Below, piece by piece: positions 56,796-64,000 of a stretch of DNA of 64,000 bases. Within the stretch, counting starts at the first letter, position 1, and every line of letters starts with the position of its first letter. Source of the stretch: Yuukianura sp. NJ FZ-2021 (taxonomy: Eukaryota). The DNA is taken from contig CM102284.1 in NCBI GenBank assembly GCA_046563655.1, forward strand, positions 2,666,001 through 2,730,000, in the 5' to 3' direction. Below the pieces are notes generated by a model. That model searched no databases and had not been told where the DNA came from. It was given only the letters and a program-made list of their open reading frames with translations. Made by a program: the position numbers and the translations under genes.

Positions 56796-59700
56796 TCAAA
56801 CATGAACGACTGGAAATTCGAACTTTGTAGAGTAGTATCCGTCCGGAAGGATTCGTTTAGAACTGAAATCAAAATTAAAATATTTGAAATTACTTAAAAT
56901 TTTATGAGCAATTGCATTTGACAGTTCTTACTTGACGACAAGGTTGGTTTGGTCTAAAATCCAGTGGAATATTTTCCTGGGTACAAATGGTTCCAACGAC
57001 AGTAGAAATTGTTCCATCATAAACAGTTGGTCCAACTGACAACTCAGAACTTCCCACACCGAATCTTTTTCCAACGTCTAAAAGCATCCAACAACATTCA
57101 AAATTTAAACAACCGCTATGTATTCAATGTTTAAAATCACCTGAATATCTTCAACAGCTAAACCAATCAACAAGTTGAGTCCTACAATTGCACCAAGGAA
57201 AATGAACAATCCAAATGCCACAAGTTTTGAAGTCGTCAAAAAGGAATCGTTGTCCGAAGCCATCCGAAAATTTCCATCAAATTCAAATTCTCCTAGCATC
57301 ATCGCAACAACTTTCACAAGTCCACGTAAACCTCGGTAGTCATCATTCTATGTCAAAATTTCAACGTATATAATAGAATGTATTTATAAAATTAACAATT
57401 GCAACATCACTTTGTTTATAAAATCATACCTAGCTTAAAAGAAAGAAACAAACAAAATGCAGTTAGTAGTACTTACTAGTGAAACCATGAGTTGAGCGGT
57501 AAATGTTACCGTATAATTTACCTGTGGTGATAATATTTTGAAAACCACCGTGAAGGCAACAATCAACAGAAAGTAGTAGGTCAGGAGTACCGCAGACCTC
57601 CTTGAAACCTAAGTATTGGAAAAAATAAGTCAACCTGTTATAAATGAAATCCTGAAATATTTAAGATAGTAACAGTATATGATTAATTTAATAAATTATT
57701 TTATTACATGCAGAAATAGTCTCAAGAAACTTGGGAACCAGTTCAATTTTTTCAGTTGATGAAAACTGAGCGCCACTCCCAGCAAAACGATTGTCTGAAA
57801 TGAAAGATATTGAATAATTTGTAGGAATAAAGCGTCAAACTTTAAAATAAATATTACCGCCGTGAGTATCCTTAAGAGTTTGTAAGAAACAACGTTGGAG
57901 GTATCAACTAATAAAAGTGAAATGATGCAGTAGAACGTCAAAACGCTAAATATTAATTGAAAAAAGTTTGACGGTTTTCTGAAATGGTTTCTCGGGTTGC
58001 GACAGAATTGGTAAAACTCTTTTCCCACAAACACAGATGCAAAAATCATTGTCACAATTGCAACTGTAGTGCCGACACCCAAGTGCTCCAGAGAATCGCA
58101 TTTCTGCCCTAAAGACAAACATTTGCATTTTTAAAAATTGAAAATTAACTTTAAAAAAAATATGAAAGTATTTACAAAATAGTCGTTTTGGAACAGTTCC
58201 ATCCGATGTAAGTGCGGTTGTCTCTCCTGCTTTAGTTGTAGAGTTAGTGTTTGCAGTATTGGTCATACTGTTAACCGGGCATTCCTTGACCGTGTATGCC
58301 AGAAAAATGAACATACAAATGTATAGTAGCTAAATTAGTAAAAAAAAAATTAGGCAGTTTAAGAATATAATTGAAAAACTGTTTGACTCAGCTTACGTGA
58401 AATATGAATCCAGCTATGATGAATCCTCTCAGACACTTGAATTTTTCTTTGATAAATTTTTGCACAATTGGACAGTTGAAAATTTTGCTTTTAATTTTGG
58501 AGTTCAACGCGTTCACTTGTTGCAAGAAATAAGTTTCTGGAAAAATTTGCATCGTGGGTTGCCCATTGCCCAAATGTCGTCGTTCTCCTATAAACGGCCC
58601 AAAGTCCATCGTCATCAGCTCCTCTCTTCGACTAAAGTCGTTTTTTGGTTTTACGCAATCTTCAAATACGGGAAGAAGAGCATCGGGAATCTTCCTATAG
58701 ATTGGTAACAGGAACTCTCTTGTTAGCCTACATCAAAACATCATTTAAATAAAACACTTTGTTTTGTATTCTCAAAATACTTTACCATTCGGCACTGGCA
58801 TCAACTCTCAAAGTTATCAAAATTTCTTGACAAATTTCAACAGTTTCATATTCGGCCGCAATTTGAAGAACTGTCTGCCCGTTGAAGTCTCTTTGCAAAC
58901 AAAATCTATCTCGTTCTCTTCTGTACGTTAAGTCAGGATGGTTCAAGATTAATTTGACACATTCAACACTTCCTTGTGACACAGCTAAAAAAAAGCGTTT
59001 CTTTTAAAAGAGTTTTTGAAAATATACGTTTATTATGGAGAATGTTGAAACTTACTCTGATGTGGAATTACATGAAGACAAGTTTGTCCAAGTGCATTCA
59101 AAGAGGATGGCGGTAGAAGATGAGTTTTCCAACTATCTTGACAATGCGTCCCAGAATGCGTTATTGCAGAAATTCGACATTCTCCGGTTTGCACCGACAG
59201 TTCACCAGTCGTGGAGTCCGTGTAGATGTTAAACAAAAATTCAAGAATTTTGGCCTTTCCAAAAATGGCGGCAACATGAATTGGACTATTCTTACTTTTG
59301 TTGGTAAAGTAGTTCTCCGGTAGCGTTTTGTTCAACAGGTATAGTATGCGTGAGTACGTCGTTTTGGTAGACTCGTCTGAAAAAACAGAATTTCAAAATT
59401 GAACATTGGAGAATTTTAGCACTTTTGAAATCAACAGTTACCTGAGTATTGTATTGCACTGTGAAGAGGAGTGTAGTCTTCTTTATCGTATTCATTTGGA
59501 CTAAACCCGCAAACATCAATTAAAAGTTCAATCATTTCCACTGAACTTGATCTGGACGCTAGATGGAGCGGTGAAGAACCTTTGAAAGCGTAAGACTGGT
59601 TCCTTGCAGCGTCCCAAATTGCATGCACAATCGGAACTAGTTCCTGGCGTCGTGCTATTAATATTCATTAAAATATATTAAGTATAATAATTGTCAGCTG

Positions 59701-60653
59701 TAATACAATTACGGTAATACTAAATTCTATTTTAAAATGTTCAAAGCATGTTTACATGATATCAAATAGTGAAATGGGGTAAGCTTGTCATCATCTTCAT
59801 CAAAAATACTTTGAAGAAGATTTTTTTGAACAAACCAAAGCAATAGACTTCTCCGTCGGAATCTGGCGGCATAATGCAATGGCGTCCGTTTTTGAAAATC
59901 AAGACGATTCAAATTTTCTAAATGGAAATTTTCCGGAACCGATTCATCGTCTCCATCAAAAGTACGATTATAAATCCATTCTGCAATTTCCACTCGTCTT
60001 TCCTCACTGTACCCGCCTACATTAAAATTTTTGTAAATGTTATTTATTGTATTCCTACACGATTAATTAGATGTAACTAGTATACGATTTATACTATTAA
60101 AGAAAGTAAAATACAAGGGTTTCATAGTTTTGTGTCAATAGCATTGTATCAACTACCATTGCATCAACTAAATTGTGCCAACTGGAATTGCGTCAACGCT
60201 AAATTGTGTCAACACTTGAATCAACTGCTACTTGAATCAAAGAACCTACCTAACCAAACATGGCAGTTGATACAATTGGATTGACACAATGGAAGTTGAT
60301 GCAATTCAATTGACACAACGGCAGTTGATACAATTGAAAATTGAATTGACACAATGGCGTGCTCCCAATAATAGCTGCCATTAGGAATGTATCTAAATGA
60401 TTTGAATTGTACCTGTAATTGACAGAAGATGTAAAAGCGTCTGCTTTTGTACATTTCTTAGGGCAAGAATTTTATAGTTCTGCTCTGGAAAAACATCGTC
60501 AAGACGTTGTATCGAAGTCAAATTTCCCTCTCTTAAGGCAGTTTCAAAGTAGTGAAAAACATTATCCGAACATATTGTCTCTCTATGCCAAGGAAATCCG
60601 TCTTTGATGATCTCTGATTGACCTTTGACGAGTCGTACAGAATAGTTAGCCAT
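56796..60653 (-). CDS. Ankyrin-repeat TRPA-subfamily-like cation channel (many small exons; 3' end uncertain)
   Basis: Ankyrin motifs TLLHL, TPLHYAA, SPLHLAS, TPLHSAI, SPIHVAA, TVLQIAA; TM region with pore/S6 KVVAMMLGEFEF...FIFLGAIVGLNLLIGLAVEDIQ. Confidence 0.85.
60117..60366. mobile_element. Small foldback-like element made of inverted arrays of a ~10-nt motif, in TRPA intron 1
   Basis: Left arm repeats TTGnnTCAAC, right arm repeats GTTGAnnCAA; centre ACCTACCTAACC; GGG...CCC ends. Confidence 0.7.
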
Positions 60654-61459
60654 TTCGAAAACAAAAGAAAGAAGTTATTGTGCAACAAAACACAAATGGA
60701 ATGCAAAACGATAAAAGAAAATGTTCGCGATAGTTTGAAAGTTAAAGTAAAAAATAACATTCAAAAATAAACCTCCAGGATTTAATTAAAAAAAAGAATG
60801 TCATAATACATGTAAATGTACGAGGAAGAAAATTAAGGTCATAAACAGGAACAGGAAACCGAAAACAAAACTAGGTTGTTGTTTTTTTTCAGTTTTTTTT
60901 CTCAACGAAAAAACAACACTTCCACTGGAAATTCAAAGGAGTAACCAAATATGTATTAGATTTCCTACAAAAATAATAATATTTTTGTCACTTTTCTCAA
61001 TCAATGATTCATGATTCATATCTCAGTGGTTAATTGCTAATTGATGACCAGGAAAAAAGTGGTTAAAGCAAAGGCGCGCCATTCCAATACAAAGTGTGAC
61101 TACAAAGACTTGCTTTTATATTGCACTTAGTCGTTCAAATGTTTATTAGGCAGAAATGAGAATCTGGAAAAGAGGTTTGACATTAATCATTATAAGAATT
61201 GAGTAATCCCGGACAGTACTAACTCAATACGGGACATTAAGTAATGGAAGAACTATTATTAATTATATTAGGTTAGTCATAAATAAGAGCGTTTCGAAAC
61301 ACTGCAATTTTCAGTGTAAGTTGCAACCGAAATAAAAGACCAGCGTACGTTTTCATTGAAGACTCCTGTTGAGCTTCGATTTTTACAGTAACTAAAAAAA
61401 AGTATTAGAGAATGGTAGAAATGAGTTCATTACAGACCAGAGGTTGCTTGTGTATTAAA

Positions 61460-63426
61460 TTATTGCGATAGATAAAGATCCACGAAGACAGCAGCATTGG
61501 AGTGAGCCACATCTTGGAACGATGGCGTTTTTTTAACATCGTCTTTGTTCCTGTAACGAGAAAACAAAAGAATTACTATAAGGTCCAGCAATGGAAATTA
61601 TGGGTGTGCCACGCCAGTGCCAAGCGGTCATGTCCATAATCTCTTCAATAGATTCATAAGAAATACTTATTTTTACCTGTTGATGAAGTCTATGACTTTG
61701 CCTTTCAATGTGGCTGCATTGTGAAGATGGGCGAGGACGAGAACTTCTGCAGCATTTTCTACGGTGAGGTTTGTGGCAATTGCTAACTCGCAGTCTTCTT
61801 TCAAACCACCCAAATCATACTTCTCCGAGATCTGCATAAGATCAGCTGCTTTTTCGTTGAGGTCGAGGGTTTCTCCAGTGTAGATGTAGTCCAGCATGGC
61901 CTTCACAACGTCCTCCTCAAAATCAGCAATCTCAATAGTGTTGTGAACTGATTCGAGCATTGGAGCGTTAAGCATGGCCCGAAAAACTGTGCTTCGTGCT
62001 ATACAAAAGCAAAAATAAAATATAAAAACTTATTGTAGCCCATTAGGAAACCTGAACAAATTACATGTTGCAAAAAAAAGTTAGGAAATCGTACCGCAAA
62101 GAATTGCCTTGTGTACCATGAAAGTTTTTGTGGGAGTGGAGAGAGCAACATCGGCAAATTGACAGTCTACTAATAAATCATGCATGTTCTGCGAAAGTAG
62201 TTCGAAGCGACGACGTTTGATGACGGCGGCTGCATCTTTATCGAGAGATGCGCCTCCTTGCCCAACGCGATGTCTCAACTCTCCCTCAATCCAAACACGG
62301 CAATGAATTTTCAGAGTGTCGTCTTCCACAAGGCGACGGGTGGGTGAAGTGATATCCACGGTCTGAAGGAATTTGTCATAACCCCAGACACTGTACTTCT
62401 TGAATTCACAAACGGTCATAGTCGGACTTCCTATAAAGAATGACAGTGAGGTATGGCTCATCAGTAAACAAATTGAAACTTGGAATTCCTATCGAATAAA
62501 TGTAAAGTTAATAATGTCAACCTGCTTGTTTTAGTGGACGGCCTTCAGGATCCAGGAGACTGATTTGAAAGCGAACTTTGAGCTTTCTTCCCACAGTTGT
62601 GTCCCCATCTCCAAACGCATTGAGAATCAAATGAACTGCAAAATACTCCGTCTCGTCAATCTTCTTCTTTGGACACATCTTCATTTGCCTAAATAACACA
62701 TGCCGTCAGTATTATTCAAGTCTCTCATGATTATAGCTCATGGTTCAACTGATTAACAGTTTAACCATGTTGGATTTAGCTTTAACAGAACAACTTAAGT
62801 TTGCAAGACGATATGTACATTAAGGCAAAGTAAGGGTTTGTTACCACTGGTGACAGCTTTTCGGGCCTCCCTTGAATGTGGGTGATTTGATCTCCTCGCT
62901 GCCACTGCTCATAGCTGCATAGTTCTTAATTGACCAAAGAAAGGAGAAGGTCTCTTGCTCCAGCTGACGTGATAGGAATACATTAGGGAAACAGATTAAT
63001 TATTGTTTATCCAAACGGAACCTTCATGCTTAAATTGAAATATTGACTTGCCTCTGTCGAAGCCCACTGTTCCACCGTTTCTGGACCAAACGCCGTTTCA
63101 ACCTTACGTTTAATCCCATGGGGAGAACCTCCTCCGCTTCCTCCTGATCCAGATGATCTCGGCGAAATGGCTCTATCAAAAATACGAACTTCACCTCCTG
63201 CCCCACCAGCGCCAGCAGCTCCACCGCCACCCACTACTCCGGCTCCTACACGAACTCGTTGCTGTTGCTCCGCATGACGTCGAATTGCAGCCATAACAAT
63301 GGCGTCTTCTCTTCCGCGTTCACGTTCTCTGAGGCGTTGTTCACGATCTCTATCCGTACCGTTATTATTAGGGAGATTGTTGTTGCGAGCGCCTCCTCCA
63401 GAACTGGCAAATAAAAACAATAACAA
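61460..63426 (-). CDS. MATH-BTB protein (SPOP/roadkill-like Cullin-3 adaptor); start exon uncertain
   Basis: MATH: FSFLWSIKNY..IKSPTFKGG...WGYDKFL..DDTLKIHC; BTB: FADVAL..FMVHKAILCARSTVFRAML..MLDYIYTG..KYDLGGLKEDCE; BACK-like LTVENAAEVLVLAHLHNA. Confidence 0.9.
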
Positions 63427-64000
63427 AGTTAGTTAATTTTAAAGTACATTTGAACAAGTGTTGGCAAGGTGATTTTACAGATTTTATTATCCAAGGTATT
63501 ATTATTAGCCGATGTCATGATTCTCAGTCTACCGGCTTGGTTGGATTGGATTAGTTTATGAAAAATTACACTTCGTTATCTTATGCTCGTTTTCCCACAA
63601 AAGCTTTGATCATGCGTCCCATCCCCGCACGTAGCAACGGTAGTAAAGTTGTTAAGCTAACATAACAGAAAAAACTAAGTTAGTCAACCAGTCAGGAGTA
63701 GTGTGGTCGTGGTGTTAACTTTAATTAGACATTGATAGTCCTGTCACAGGACTATCCAATCCAACCCCGGGGGGCTAACGATCCGACTAACGTATAGAAT
63801 AGAGGACTTTTTACAATATGAATTAGCTTACGTTAAGTTCTCTTTCTAAGATTTTGTGCACTCTCAGTGGGTCAACAAAAAGTACTACCAAACCAAAAAA
63901 TGCAATAGAAGGTCAATAAGTTTCGGACAGTTTACCTCATTATCGTGACGGAAGACTGTGTGACCTTTACCTTTTCGTTTGTCGTTGCCAATATTATTTC

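Noticed and set aside
60117-60366. Spaced short repeats resembling a CRISPR array
   Set aside because: Eukaryotic intron; ~10-nt degenerate inverted motifs, no unique spacers, no cas genes

Overview
Eukaryotic, AT-rich, gene-dense window with short (~55-130 nt) GT-AG introns. It is arthropod-like, and the gene repertoire suggests a springtail-type hexapod (inference only). In order it contains: the 5' part of an SDR dehydrogenase; an uncharacterised type-II membrane, glycosyltransferase-like gene; four divergent 7TM chemoreceptor-like genes; an atlastin/GBP-family GTPase fused to a degenerate HSP70-type nucleotide-binding domain; TMEM14; acylglycerol kinase; an isochorismatase-domain gene; neurotrophin-1/Spaetzle-2; two tandemly duplicated orphan secreted/GPI-like genes; PTEN; a Ly6/three-finger gene; VDAC; OGDH; JNK; an ankyrin-TRPA-like channel; and a MATH-BTB gene. 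Several foldback/MITE elements and one short TPRT-type retro-insertion are also present. The best novelty candidates are (1) the GBP/atlastin-HSP70-like fusion and (2) a 22-bp intronic RNA stem, complete only on the transcribed strand, that brackets one of two mutually exclusive OGDH exons. All exon models were assembled by eye; no database search or folding program was run.
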